Below, one piece after another: positions 19,201 to 26,492 of a stretch of DNA of 31,903 bases. The notes beneath the pieces were generated by a model. The model did no database searches, was not told the DNA's origin, and worked only from the letters and a program-made list of their open reading frames with translations. A program made the position numbers and the translations under genes. The DNA is from a virus (lineage: Duplodnaviria; Heunggongvirae; Uroviricota; Caudoviricetes), in the IMG/VR virus record IMGVR_UViG_3300045977_000087; one strand, 5' to 3'. Position 1 is the first letter of the stretch. Each line of letters opens with the position of its first letter.

Positions 19201-21756
19201 CTCTTTTGTTATAGGTGTAAGGTCAAACTCAGCACCAGGTTGAAGATAGCTATTTGAGAAGGCAGTAATACCCTCTCTTGTCTTAATATGAAGTGTCATA
19301 CCATCTTCATCCTTTTCACTGTCTTTGTGTTTACCTTTTACATAACTGGTAACACCAGGTATTACATCATTGATTTTAGTTCTACTTTTAATTCTCTCTT
19401 TTATCTCAAATCTTCCCTGTTCAATAATATGGCTAAACTGCTCATAGTTCTTTTGTTTAAACTTATGCTCAGGGTATAGAAGCCCTGCAGAATCTTTCTT
19501 AATTGCAGTAGAGGGGTCAGCAAACTCTGGGTTAAGTAACCCTTGTGATATGAAAGGACTAAATACAACATTAGGGAGCAGTACAGCACTGTCAAGTACA
19601 GTCCTGTCAGGTTCTGTTCTCTCATTTCTTACTATGTAGTATCCAATAATTTTCTTTCCTCCTGTTTCCTCAGGAAGAGGAAGAAGGATATTTGAGAACT
19701 TAAATCCAAAGATATTGGCAACATAAGTACTTTCTTCAAGTTCTCTGCTATCAGCTACTATATCTAATGAATAGGTAACACCTGTCTCTGGGGATTGTAC
19801 AGAGAAGTCATATCCAGTCACAGTAGCAACAATAGGAAGTGGAGTGTTATTAGCTGCAGTATTACCATTACCATCCTTCTCAAATATCTCTGCACTAAGA
19901 AGTTCTATGGCTCCAGTTATTGGTCTTGAGAAAGAGTCAATAACTATTGTTGAAGGTACATCTTCAGGTACACTTTCATTAGAACTTATAGCCCATTTAT
20001 TAGGGTCAAATGAAAATATCTCTTCTTCTACAGACTGTATCCAACCTCTGGTATGTCTATATCTTACTACAAGACTAAATGTGTCATAACCATAAGAGAT
20101 ACAGTCAGAAGTGTATCCATACTGTCCTGGCTCAGGACACTTTGCAGGAATAACTAACTTTCCTTTTAATGGTACAGGAGGGTTTGCAACAGCCTTAATC
20201 ATAAGGGAAGAAGGGATACTAAACTGCAACTTGATTAGTGCAACTGTACCTGAAATCTTAGCTTTTGGAAGCTCAGTTATAAATGGTATTCTATAAGTAG
20301 TTCTAAGAGGAAATCTGTGATGTCTTACTTTCTGTCCAGCAAGTGGATTACCTAAATAATCATTTCCCCAATAGCCATCAGGGTCACAAGTATCTCTCTC
20401 TGTATAGGAGGCATCAATACAGGTATTATTCTTTGCCATAGGATAAACATCATCCCCAACTGCATACTTTTCACTTTCAGCAGCAAGTGGGCTTTTACCT
20501 GGTATATGGTAAGTAGGGCTGAGTGTATTGTCTTCAAAGATATATACTATACCCATAGAGTAAATTTCACCTGGCATATACCCTGTTTCATCATGGTGAA
20601 TAGATGGGTTTCTACAATCTGCTCCTTCAAGGCTGCCTATATTTACCTGTCTGATTACAGCATCAGTCTTAATCTGACTTGCATATTTCTGTAGTTTACA
20701 GAAGTTAATGCCAGGACCTTCTACATTACCAAGTATAAGTTGATTCTCAGCCTGCTCTATACTCTGTGCTTTATCTATGATGTTATTGAACATCATGATT
20801 TCCTCTTGGATTCCCTCACTTTCAAAGTTACTGCCTGTGTATGTAAAAGTATCTACAGATGTAGGTATAGGGGCAGTGAACTTAGTTGCACTTACAAGCC
20901 CATTACCTGTGTTAGCTTCAGTGATAGCAAGCCTATAAAAAGGATATCCCTTATCTATAGATGCAATATTTAGGTCAAGTCTTACAGCTTTAGTAGTCAA
21001 AGCATTGGATAAATAGTCAGCTTTCTTCATAGTCCCACCTCTGATATCCTTATAATCTGAGGTTAAAGCTTTTGGATAGATTACCACAGGCTCTGTACTA
21101 AATACAAACTCAGTAGGATTGAAGTCCTCATCAAGGTATTGAAAAGAGAAGTTGTAACTGCCTGGGGCAAGTTGCCCTCCTTCTATGGCTTTAATGCTTT
21201 GTATCTCAGGTATTGATTTATATGTTTTGAAAAGATTGAATTTATCAATATTGAACCTATAGTTTTCATCCCTGTAACTCATTGGGTCATCAATATTCAT
21301 GGTTCTTGGCTTAGGGTCAACCCAATATATAGTTCTTTCACATCCTCTTCTGAGTCTGAAAGTAGCATCAATTTGATGATTAACATTAAAGCCAAGCTTT
21401 GCAGTCTGATTAGTATCATCTACAATAGGGCTAAAAGTTTCCCCTTTAACACTGGCTATCATAGAGTTACCTGCAGGGTCTGCAAGAAATAGCACTGTTT
21501 CACCATCACCAACATAGACTTTTCCAAGAGGTACAAAATCAGTTTGCCCATCAGGAAGCATAAACCAAAGTTGATTGGCACTCTCATTAGAGATTCTACC
21601 TTGACTTCCTTCCTCAGTTTCATCTACACCACAGAGTACATATCTTGTAGTTCCTGGAGGCTGATTAGCTGGGTCAGAATCAGTATGAATCCCACCTGCA
21701 GTATTCAAGGGCATGCCTTGCCCTTGTTGTCTTTCTTCTTGATTATCTTTAGCCAT
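16273..21756 (-). CDS. Muzzle / tail stabilisation protein (P22 gp10-like, crAss 'Tstab'), 1827 aa, with several insertions
   Basis: Motifs FRLRRGCERTIYWVD, YMPGEIYSMGIVY, RHHRFP...FKFSNI..P...GYYIVR, DNYRTFLPNNYRDL and W.SWHPYLP. Size and position between the tail tubular and cargo genes fit the assignment. Confidence 0.75.
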   Translation of the reverse strand: MAKDNQEERQQGQGMPLNTAGGIHTDSDPANQPPGTTRYVLCGVDETEEGSQGRISNESANQLWFMLPDGQTDFVPLGKVYVGDGETVLFLADPAGNSMIASVKGETFSPIVDDTNQTAKLGFNVNHQIDATFRLRRGCERTIYWVDPKPRTMNIDDPMSYRDENYRFNIDKFNLFKTYKSIPEIQSIKAIEGGQLAPGSYNFSFQYLDEDFNPTEFVFSTEPVVIYPKALTSDYKDIRGGTMKKADYLSNALTTKAVRLDLNIASIDKGYPFYRLAITEANTGNGLVSATKFTAPIPTSVDTFTYTGSNFESEGIQEEIMMFNNIIDKAQSIEQAENQLILGNVEGPGINFCKLQKYASQIKTDAVIRQVNIGSLEGADCRNPSIHHDETGYMPGEIYSMGIVYIFEDNTLSPTYHIPGKSPLAAESEKYAVGDDVYPMAKNNTCIDASYTERDTCDPDGYWGNDYLGNPLAGQKVRHHRFPLRTTYRIPFITELPKAKISGTVALIKLQFSIPSSLMIKAVANPPVPLKGKLVIPAKCPEPGQYGYTSDCISYGYDTFSLVVRYRHTRGWIQSVEEEIFSFDPNKWAISSNESVPEDVPSTIVIDSFSRPITGAIELLSAEIFEKDGNGNTAANNTPLPIVATVTGYDFSVQSPETGVTYSLDIVADSRELEESTYVANIFGFKFSNILLPLPEETGGKKIIGYYIVRNERTEPDRTVLDSAVLLPNVVFSPFISQGLLNPEFADPSTAIKKDSAGLLYPEHKFKQKNYEQFSHIIEQGRFEIKERIKSRTKINDVIPGVTSYVKGKHKDSEKDEDGMTLHIKTREGITAFSNSYLQPGAEFDLTPITKEIFYLNALEDKAINDNEGVGVDYYNNVADNKIGMITFTEDAPIYDPYNRYPYVYLMRDNLNPYANFRTTPYYKDSKNPTYFSENNVSSLELFNGDSYISPIRYVNSMWYDNRFKERVAGTSVWKFVAATFLVIAAAVVTFFSFGAGTPLLIAALGAASLLVGIATSLAVSGLSQVAWAKAYQENYDKGLRKTIQDQYTLYGIELPATEEERGFSKNPADDEIQWLGDCANLWFESNVNIGTRISVIDGIPDFLSSPTIKEPGTLVPEGNWLYFGNNRQTVETIDPTTSFDSHMVKKLTYPKQENKQGKEYMGVALAEIYEINPDYERRNKQKVFNHLPIEYDCCSECLEVFTHRWHWSQTSFQEELTDNYRTFLPNNYRDLAGETGDIVDIFKIKNNLFIHTEEALWMCPQNFQERTTAEGIVSFIGTGELFNIPPRKIVDDENSSAGTQHKWGRTKTKYGVLFPSHREKKWYLFNGEQLQPISDNGNRIWFDNNMKFRMGDDYSKQDNPSNYLGVGYISTFDTEKERLIITKKDISPNYTGVPEDYCTDTNTTYRFENAFGIIWERNSQGWTFVGYENCRMKFKKVTQTVVTKDIPVTTWVPPVYEQYASPIDCTQVEIHYSFTRNDTTQSQNITISMVLCSGNTYSYSVPMAAGVSHVEKVEPTLLCIRTGSLSWSKTGGAFIAGNLTGVDIPYAACNTGTTVVLVEPGHFEETVKPTQVTEYTIEYEYEDGEPVVPPLTNSSWTMSFSLRRNEWRSWHPYLPSFYFHIQGAFWSWKDGLIGFYKHNITGWYQTFYNVLYPFIVEYVDNVSAVQTKLTDSIMFQSEATNGYGVDMNQTFNSALFYNSQQTSGVLKLMPKAEVSVNYMLDQVKNRDYSNGEIIIDRNERNWTINSFRDIRGNLNVPMFNYNYGLSPGEEYYDKVVNPDAIDPNKDWTQLESFRDKYLAVRLIFDNFANTQLTFHLSQHDEKSSER

Positions 21757-21761
21757 GGCTA

Positions 21762-22781
21762 TTAAATTTTATATGGTATGTATCCAGGATTACCTGTGTA
21801 TCCTGCAAATCCATATCTGTTAGTCAAATTAGGGTCATTGAATACCTTATCTTCAGGGTAGGCTAACTTACCAAAGTAGCCATAGTATCTCTTCTGATTA
21901 GGAAGCAGGTAGAGTGATTGGTCTTTAAGGTTCTGATATTCATCAATACCTGAAGGCATTTTAGCTTTATTCTTGAATTGTTTTACATACTTAAGCCAGT
22001 GTTGTTCAGCAAGTTGAGCAAGCTGCATAGCTCCCTCTCTGTGGTTCCAACCCTCTCTTTCCTTAAGCTTCCATCCTAAGTAGTAAGTGATGGCAGCAAT
22101 ACAAGCTGAATCATCAGGAATCATAGGGTAACCTGTAGCTGGGTCTGTTACCTGTCTTAGGTAAGCAAGGGCTACAAAACCATTCTCAAAGCTGAATCTT
22201 AAGTGGTCAGCTACAACTGTATATTCATCCCTGCTTGTAGTATATAGTCCATCTGCTTGAGGAAGATTACATACAAGGGTATTAAAGAAGCTATGATTAG
22301 CAAGTCTCACAGGAGTAAATCTCTTACTTCCCCTGAGATAGCTGTACCAAAGTGAGAACTCCCACTTCAAATCATAGTAGGGTCTGTAATAAACTATGTC
22401 ATAATCTCCAAGAATCCTTCCCTGACAATCTGCTACCACTACTGGAGCTGCATCCCCACAATCTATACAAGGGTTGTAAGTAGGTGGGTTAATCTCCTCA
22501 AGTACTTTAACAGGGGAGCAGGGCTCAAGGAATGTAGGGTCCCATTGATTATCTCTTGCAATCTGGAGAATATATTGAAGACCATTAGGAAGTTGGGCAT
22601 GATATCCTTTAACTTCAAGGAATGCCACAGCTTCTTCAGATACATTGGCAATCTGCATAAAGCCTAAAGCCTCTCCTATCCATTCTATGGCCTCATCATC
22701 ATTGATGTTTAAGCCCTTGAAATCCCTTAGGAATTTGGCTAAGATAGTATCTACAGTTACAAAATTAAATCTCTGTTTCAT
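21762..22781 (-). CDS. Tail ring / tail tubular protein (P22 gp4-like, crAss 'Ttub'), 339 aa
   Basis: N-terminal ILAKFLRDF...EAIEWIGEALGF...FLEV...AQLP and C-terminal GYPMIPDD...AAITYY signatures. It is immediately upstream of the muzzle gene. Confidence 0.7.
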   Translation of the reverse strand: MKQRFNFVTVDTILAKFLRDFKGLNINDDEAIEWIGEALGFMQIANVSEEAVAFLEVKGYHAQLPNGLQYILQIARDNQWDPTFLEPCSPVKVLEEINPPTYNPCIDCGDAAPVVVADCQGRILGDYDIVYYRPYYDLKWEFSLWYSYLRGSKRFTPVRLANHSFFNTLVCNLPQADGLYTTSRDEYTVVADHLRFSFENGFVALAYLRQVTDPATGYPMIPDDSACIAAITYYLGWKLKEREGWNHREGAMQLAQLAEQHWLKYVKQFKNKAKMPSGIDEYQNLKDQSLYLLPNQKRYYGYFGKLAYPEDKVFNDPNLTNRYGFAGYTGNPGYIPYKI

Positions 22782-22823
22782 GATGGTGTTGGATATTAGT
22801 AATTAGTGGCCCAAGAGTTTTTC

Positions 22824-23090
22824 TCAGTCCATATCATCTACTACAAGTCTGTTACTCTTAGGGATATCTGCTATACTAACAGGGTTATCTTCAGAGAAGA
22901 ACTTCTCATTATAGTAGGTGTAGTTTTTCTCATCACCTACCATATATTCAATGTCATAATTCTTATTCAGAAGATACCCATTCTTAATCTTCTCTACAGT
23001 AATAGAACAGTTCTTCTTAACTATTTTTGCTCCTTTAGGAAGTTGGAAAGTATTACCCTCCTCAACTCTTATTCCTCTAACCTTTTCCAT
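22824..23090 (-). CDS. Hypothetical protein, 88 aa
   Basis: Co-oriented, overlaps the upstream gene by 22 nt, fills the gap between the IHF-like and ring genes, and has the same CG-free codon usage. No motif confidently recognised. Confidence 0.7.
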   Translation of the reverse strand: MEKVRGIRVEEGNTFQLPKGAKIVKKNCSITVEKIKNGYLLNKNYDIEYMVGDEKNYTYYNEKFFSEDNPVSIADIPKSNRLVVDDMD

Positions 23091-23578
23091 TGTTGTGGTT
23101 CTTTAGTTATATACTCCTTTCCAGCTTTAATAGCTGCATGTATTTTTCTCTTATTAACCCTCATCATTATGAGGTTATAGTAACTCTTATTTTCAACACT
23201 GGCTTTTCTCTTAGACCATAGCACTTTATATACCACTCCTGAGGTAGCCTCATTAAGGCAATATACCATTCTTCTTTCTGCCTTAGCAGCAGGGTCTCTA
23301 TCCCAAAGTCTCTTTGTAGCTGCCCAGTTTGGAGGCAGTACAGGTAAGCCAGATTGACTATAGGTAAGTTTCTTCTTTGTACCTATGATAGAGATGAATC
23401 CCATCCTTGCAGGTAAAGTTACTTCTTCTCCTTCTATCATCTTATCAATTAAGAACTTATTATACAGCCCTGATATCTCTGAATAGAGGCTATACTCCAC
23501 AGGATTCTTAACCCTGGTTTTGTATTCTCTGTAGCAACCCCTTATGGTTACCTCACCTTTTAGCATCTTTACACTCAT
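23069..23578 (-). CDS. crAss-like IHF/HU-related DNA-binding protein, 169 aa
   Basis: Basic protein with an IHF/HU-like core (LIDKMIEGEEVTLPARMGFISIIGTKK) followed by PPNWAATKRLW. It is in the conserved position next to the ring genes. Confidence 0.6.
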   Translation of the reverse strand: MSVKMLKGEVTIRGCYREYKTRVKNPVEYSLYSEISGLYNKFLIDKMIEGEEVTLPARMGFISIIGTKKKLTYSQSGLPVLPPNWAATKRLWDRDPAAKAERRMVYCLNEATSGVVYKVLWSKRKASVENKSYYNLIMMRVNKRKIHAAIKAGKEYITKEPQQWKRLEE

Positions 23579-23664
23579 TTCTTTCTTCTTTTGTCATCAT
23601 GGGATAAGAACCATATAACTATGTATAAACCAAGTGTTATAACTATTATCTTAAGTGTGGTCAT
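23575..23664 (-). CDS. 29-aa single-pass membrane microprotein MTTLKIIVITLGLYIVIWFLSHDDKRRKK (below the ORF-track cutoff)
   Basis: Exactly fills the gap between two genes, with a TAATG overlap at its start (23664) and an ATGA overlap at its stop (23575-23578). It has a 15-residue hydrophobic core followed by a KRRKK tail. Confidence 0.75.
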   Translation of the reverse strand: MTTLKIIVITLGLYIVIWFLSHDDKRRKK

Positions 23665-24356
23665 TATCCTTGTTGTTGTTGTTCTTCTTGTTGTTGAGGT
23701 GCTCTACCTGCTACCCCAGCTTTAAACTCTGTAATTAGCTCCTCTTTACACATGGCAATAAGTGGTTCAATAAGATGCCCATCTATAGGGAAGTCAAAAT
23801 CCCCAGCATAAGTGCAGCTGGTGCAAGCTCCTTCACAGCATGAAGGATATAAATATGCCTCAACAGGGTCTTCAGGCAGCATTCTTATTTTCACTACCTT
23901 TGGGGTATGTGGAGATTTAAAGTAAAGATGCCTGTTCTCATATACATACTTATTGTTCTTGCCTGTGTATTTATTGCCATTGGCATAGATTGTCTCTTGC
24001 CTAGAGGCTTCCTCAATCTTGACCCTATTATCTAAGCTCATGACATACTGAATCATGGTCTTATCAGCACCTACCATAGGCTTAGGGATAGGATATTTTG
24101 TTCTCCATACCTCACAACCTAAGTCAACAAAACAAGGACAATCTGCCTCAGGAACCTTGATTAGTTCCACACAAGGCAGAGTAACATAGTTATCTTCCCC
24201 AATTTTGTTTTTACTCTTGGCCTGTCTATGTACTAAGAAGTTCCTCACTGTCAGCATTTTGTTATATACATGTCTATCTGCAAGTGGGGTTTTGTCAGTG
24301 CCAATGCCTTGTTCAAAGAGGGCTACTATCCTGTCTATGATGGTTTTTATTTTCAT
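23664..24356 (-). CDS. Tail ring protein (crAss ring-protein family), 230 aa, with a polyQ C-terminal tail
   Basis: LADRHVY...R.FL...TLPCVELIKV...CPC...C...RTKYPIPK and DFPID..LI are motifs I recognise from crAss-like ring proteins. ATGA overlap with the nuclease gene. Confidence 0.6.
   Translation of the reverse strand: MKIKTIIDRIVALFEQGIGTDKTPLADRHVYNKMLTVRNFLVHRQAKSKNKIGEDNYVTLPCVELIKVPEADCPCFVDLGCEVWRTKYPIPKPMVGADKTMIQYVMSLDNRVKIEEASRQETIYANGNKYTGKNNKYVYENRHLYFKSPHTPKVVKIRMLPEDPVEAYLYPSCCEGACTSCTYAGDFDFPIDGHLIEPLIAMCKEELITEFKAGVAGRAPQQQEEQQQQG
23670..23696 (-). repeat. (CAA)n/(GAA)n triplet tract encoding QQQEEQQQQ
   Basis: The minus strand reads CAA CAA CAA GAA GAA CAA CAA CAA CAA immediately before GGA TAA. 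Confidence 0.85.
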
Positions 24357-25057
24357 CTCATCTGTGTTTTAAGTCTATCAGTAAAATCACGAGTATCTAT
24401 CACAGAGTACTCACCATTCATTAATAACCATATTACTATTCTTCTGCTTATCTTAATGCCAGGTATCTGCTCAAGCAGTATCTGGTAGTAACTAAGCTGT
24501 ACCTCATAGTGGCTTAAAGGGCAGTCAAGTAAGTCCTCAAAAGGAGGCAACATAGTCTTACCTTTAAAATTCTTGTACAAGTCCTTGTTGGTCTTATAGT
24601 CAGCTATGATATAAGTCCCATTAAGCATGTTGTACAAGAGTATATCTGATGTACCTGCAAACTTCTTGATGTAATGGTACATTCTAATCTCAGCTCCTAC
24701 TGGCACTATGTAAGGAGGAAGGTCAGCCCAGAACTTAGTCAATGCAAGCTCTTGATTACAGCTTGGAGTCAGGGTTCTGTCATCCTGATATCTTTCTCCA
24801 AAGAGGTGAACTCTATGTCCTCTCTCTATGGATTCATCATTGATATCCTTCCATTCCTTTAGTACTTCTGCCTGTGTTCTCCCATCTCTTTCAGCAATCC
24901 TTGCTGAATGATAGTCACTATCAAAGGGTTCATAAAAAGAATGGATAAGGCTTGAAACAGACTTCTCTATTTTAACCCCATCCACTGTATATTTATGCCC
25001 CTTCTCCTGAAAGGTCAAACCCTTAAATGCTTCCTGTATTTTATGTAGTATATTCAT
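24353..25057 (-). CDS. PD-(D/E)xK (RecB-family) nuclease, 234 aa
   Basis: H.Y...SVS (N-terminus), RGHRVH, EIRMY, FAGTSDILL (motif II), IADYKT (motif III) and YEVQLSYY (QxxxY). It lacks the four-Cys Fe-S set of Cas4. Confidence 0.85.
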   Translation of the reverse strand: MNILHKIQEAFKGLTFQEKGHKYTVDGVKIEKSVSSLIHSFYEPFDSDYHSARIAERDGRTQAEVLKEWKDINDESIERGHRVHLFGERYQDDRTLTPSCNQELALTKFWADLPPYIVPVGAEIRMYHYIKKFAGTSDILLYNMLNGTYIIADYKTNKDLYKNFKGKTMLPPFEDLLDCPLSHYEVQLSYYQILLEQIPGIKISRRIVIWLLMNGEYSVIDTRDFTDRLKTQMR

Positions 25058-25061
25058 ACTA

Positions 25062-25069
25062 CAAATGTA
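25062..25069 (-). promoter_or_regulatory. Candidate Bacteroidota housekeeping-sigma -7 promoter element TACATTTG, 4 nt upstream of the nuclease ATG
   Basis: Perfect match to TAnnTTTG in the 17-nt intergenic gap (TAA TTTAT TACATTTG TAGT ATG). A TTTC lies 19 nt upstream, at the position of the -33 TTTG. Confidence 0.45.
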
Positions 25070-25074
25070 ATAAA

Positions 25075-25437
25075 TTAAAGGGACTTTAGAAACTCTTGCT
25101 TCCTTTCCTCAAACTCAGGTTCATGTACTGATTTAATACAATGGTTCCTTTCAAGTCTTTCTAAAAACCTTACTACCTTATATCCTTTATCAGTTAGTGT
25201 ACCAAGGATTTGGTTCTTACCAAGGCAACAAGAGGTAGTCTCTTCACCTCCAAAATCACACCCACAATCTGGCAATTTCAAATGTTTATTAAAGAAGTCT
25301 TTATAGTACTTGTTTAATGATATGCTTGCTAAGACTCCTTTGTACTTAAAATACTCTATCCTCCCTGTTAGAAGAAAGTTAACTACTGAAATAGGGAAGG
25401 AAAAGATACATACTATTATGAACACAAGGAAGTCCAT
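25075..25437 (-). CDS. Small membrane-anchored Cys-rich protein, 120 aa
   Basis: N-terminal hydrophobic helix FLVFIIVCIFSFPISVVNFLL. The C-terminal GGEETTSCCLGKNQ..GTLT.KG......LE.NHC matches a G..DETISS.LGK...NHC pattern I recall from uncharacterised phage proteins. Confidence 0.7.
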   Translation of the reverse strand: MDFLVFIIVCIFSFPISVVNFLLTGRIEYFKYKGVLASISLNKYYKDFFNKHLKLPDCGCDFGGEETTSCCLGKNQILGTLTDKGYKVVRFLERLERNHCIKSVHEPEFEERKQEFLKSL

Positions 25438-25448
25438 CTTCCATAAAA

Positions 25449-26492
25449 TTACATTATTCGCATCACATTATTTGAGCCAAAATTAGCCACATATATTTTA
25501 TCATTAGCAGTATAAACTAAATCTTGTGGATTAGTTCCTACAGTTGAATAGATTGCAGCTGTGGCTCCTGCTATATCACATTCATATACACTATTATTTC
25601 CAGTACAGGTAACATAAAGTTTAGTAGCAGCTCTATTTACAGCTATTGCAGTACCTCCTGCCCCAACTGTTATCCAGTTATAAGTAAAGGTTCCTCCTGA
25701 AGTGATGTTAGCTATACTATTATTACCTGGGCTGAGTATATAAGACCTGGCTGCACTATCCACACATATATCAATAGGTCCAGAGAGAACAGCTGTTGTA
25801 GTACTTACACCTGCTGTTGACGTATTTATTTTAGATATAGTATTCTTAGGGGTATTAGCTGAGTAAATATAACCACCACTATCAGCACATAATCCTGTTG
25901 GATTTGCTGTAGCAGTTAGGGTAACCCATGATAGAGTTAATGTACCCCCTGATGTTATTCTACTGATAGTAGTACCACCTGTGTTAGCTACATAGATATT
26001 AGCACCATCAGGACTTGTAACTATCCCTTTAGGGTTATTCATTCCTGTAGCAAATGTTTGAGTAAGTACACCTGCAGCAGTTATCCTAGAAACAGTTCCA
26101 TTAGTGTTTGCAACATAAACAGTTCCACCATTAGTAGGTACAACACATATAGCCTGTGGAGATGTAGTTAAAGTAATCCATGGATTAGTTACTACACCAG
26201 CATTGGTTATCTTAGTGATAGTGTTATTAGATTTACATGCAACATATACAGTACCATCCAAATCTGCACATATAGCCTGTGGTCCTGTACCTGTAGTATA
26301 TGTAGGTCTGTGTACATAACCATACCAATCACTTAAATAAAAAGGTCCACTTGGATATTGTATCCTTGGCTTTGAACCAGCTAATGCCAACCCAGCTAAA
26401 GTTTTTAGTGATGAGTCAGCTGCATTAGCAGCTCTCCCCATCTCTACATTTATGTCACTGATGTCTATGACACCACTACTTGGTAAGGCCAT
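25449..26492 (-). CDS. Putative tail-fibre tip adhesin: N-terminal attachment domain plus 7-bladed NHL/YVTN-like beta-propeller, 347 aa
   Basis: The N-terminus MALPSSGVIDISDINVEMG...PFYLSDWYGY is followed by seven P.(A/G)I.....YVAN..N.T(I/V)S.I repeats. It overlaps the stop of the S74-containing fibre gene by 17 nt. Confidence 0.7.
   Translation of the reverse strand: MALPSSGVIDISDINVEMGRAANAADSSLKTLAGLALAGSKPRIQYPSGPFYLSDWYGYVHRPTYTTGTGPQAICADLDGTVYVACKSNNTITKITNAGVVTNPWITLTTSPQAICVVPTNGGTVYVANTNGTVSRITAAGVLTQTFATGMNNPKGIVTSPDGANIYVANTGGTTISRITSGGTLTLSWVTLTATANPTGLCADSGGYIYSANTPKNTISKINTSTAGVSTTTAVLSGPIDICVDSAARSYILSPGNNSIANITSGGTFTYNWITVGAGGTAIAVNRAATKLYVTCTGNNSVYECDIAGATAAIYSTVGTNPQDLVYTANDKIYVANFGSNNVMRIM
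25452..26290 (-). repeat. Seven ~40-aa beta-propeller blade repeats
   Basis: GPQAICADLDGTVYVACKSNNTITKI; SPQAICVV..GGTVYVANTNGTVSRI; NPKGIVTSPDGANIYVANTGGTTISRI; NPTGLCADSGGYIYSANTPKNTISKI; GPIDICVDSAARSYILSPGNNSIANI; GGTAIAVNRAATKLYVTCTGNNSVYEC; NPQDLVYTANDKIYVANFGSNNVMRI. Confidence 0.85.

Noticed and set aside
24353-25057. Cas4 / CRISPR association of the nuclease
   Set aside because: It has only two Cys, not the four-Cys Fe-S cluster set, and there is no repeat-spacer array or other cas gene in the window.
25379-25444. 21-codon minus-strand mini-ORF starting at ATG 25444 and overlapping the 120-aa gene
   Set aside because: It is in a different frame, nested within a better-supported gene, and has no distinctive features.
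12165-26478. Stop-codon reassignment (TAG=Gln or TGA=Trp), known in some crAss-like phages
   Set aside because: Multi-kb ORFs have no internal TAG/TGA. TAG (12165, 26476) and TGA (22824, 23575, 24353) end genes exactly where the next gene begins. Reading through TAG 12165 does not enter the vRNAP frame.
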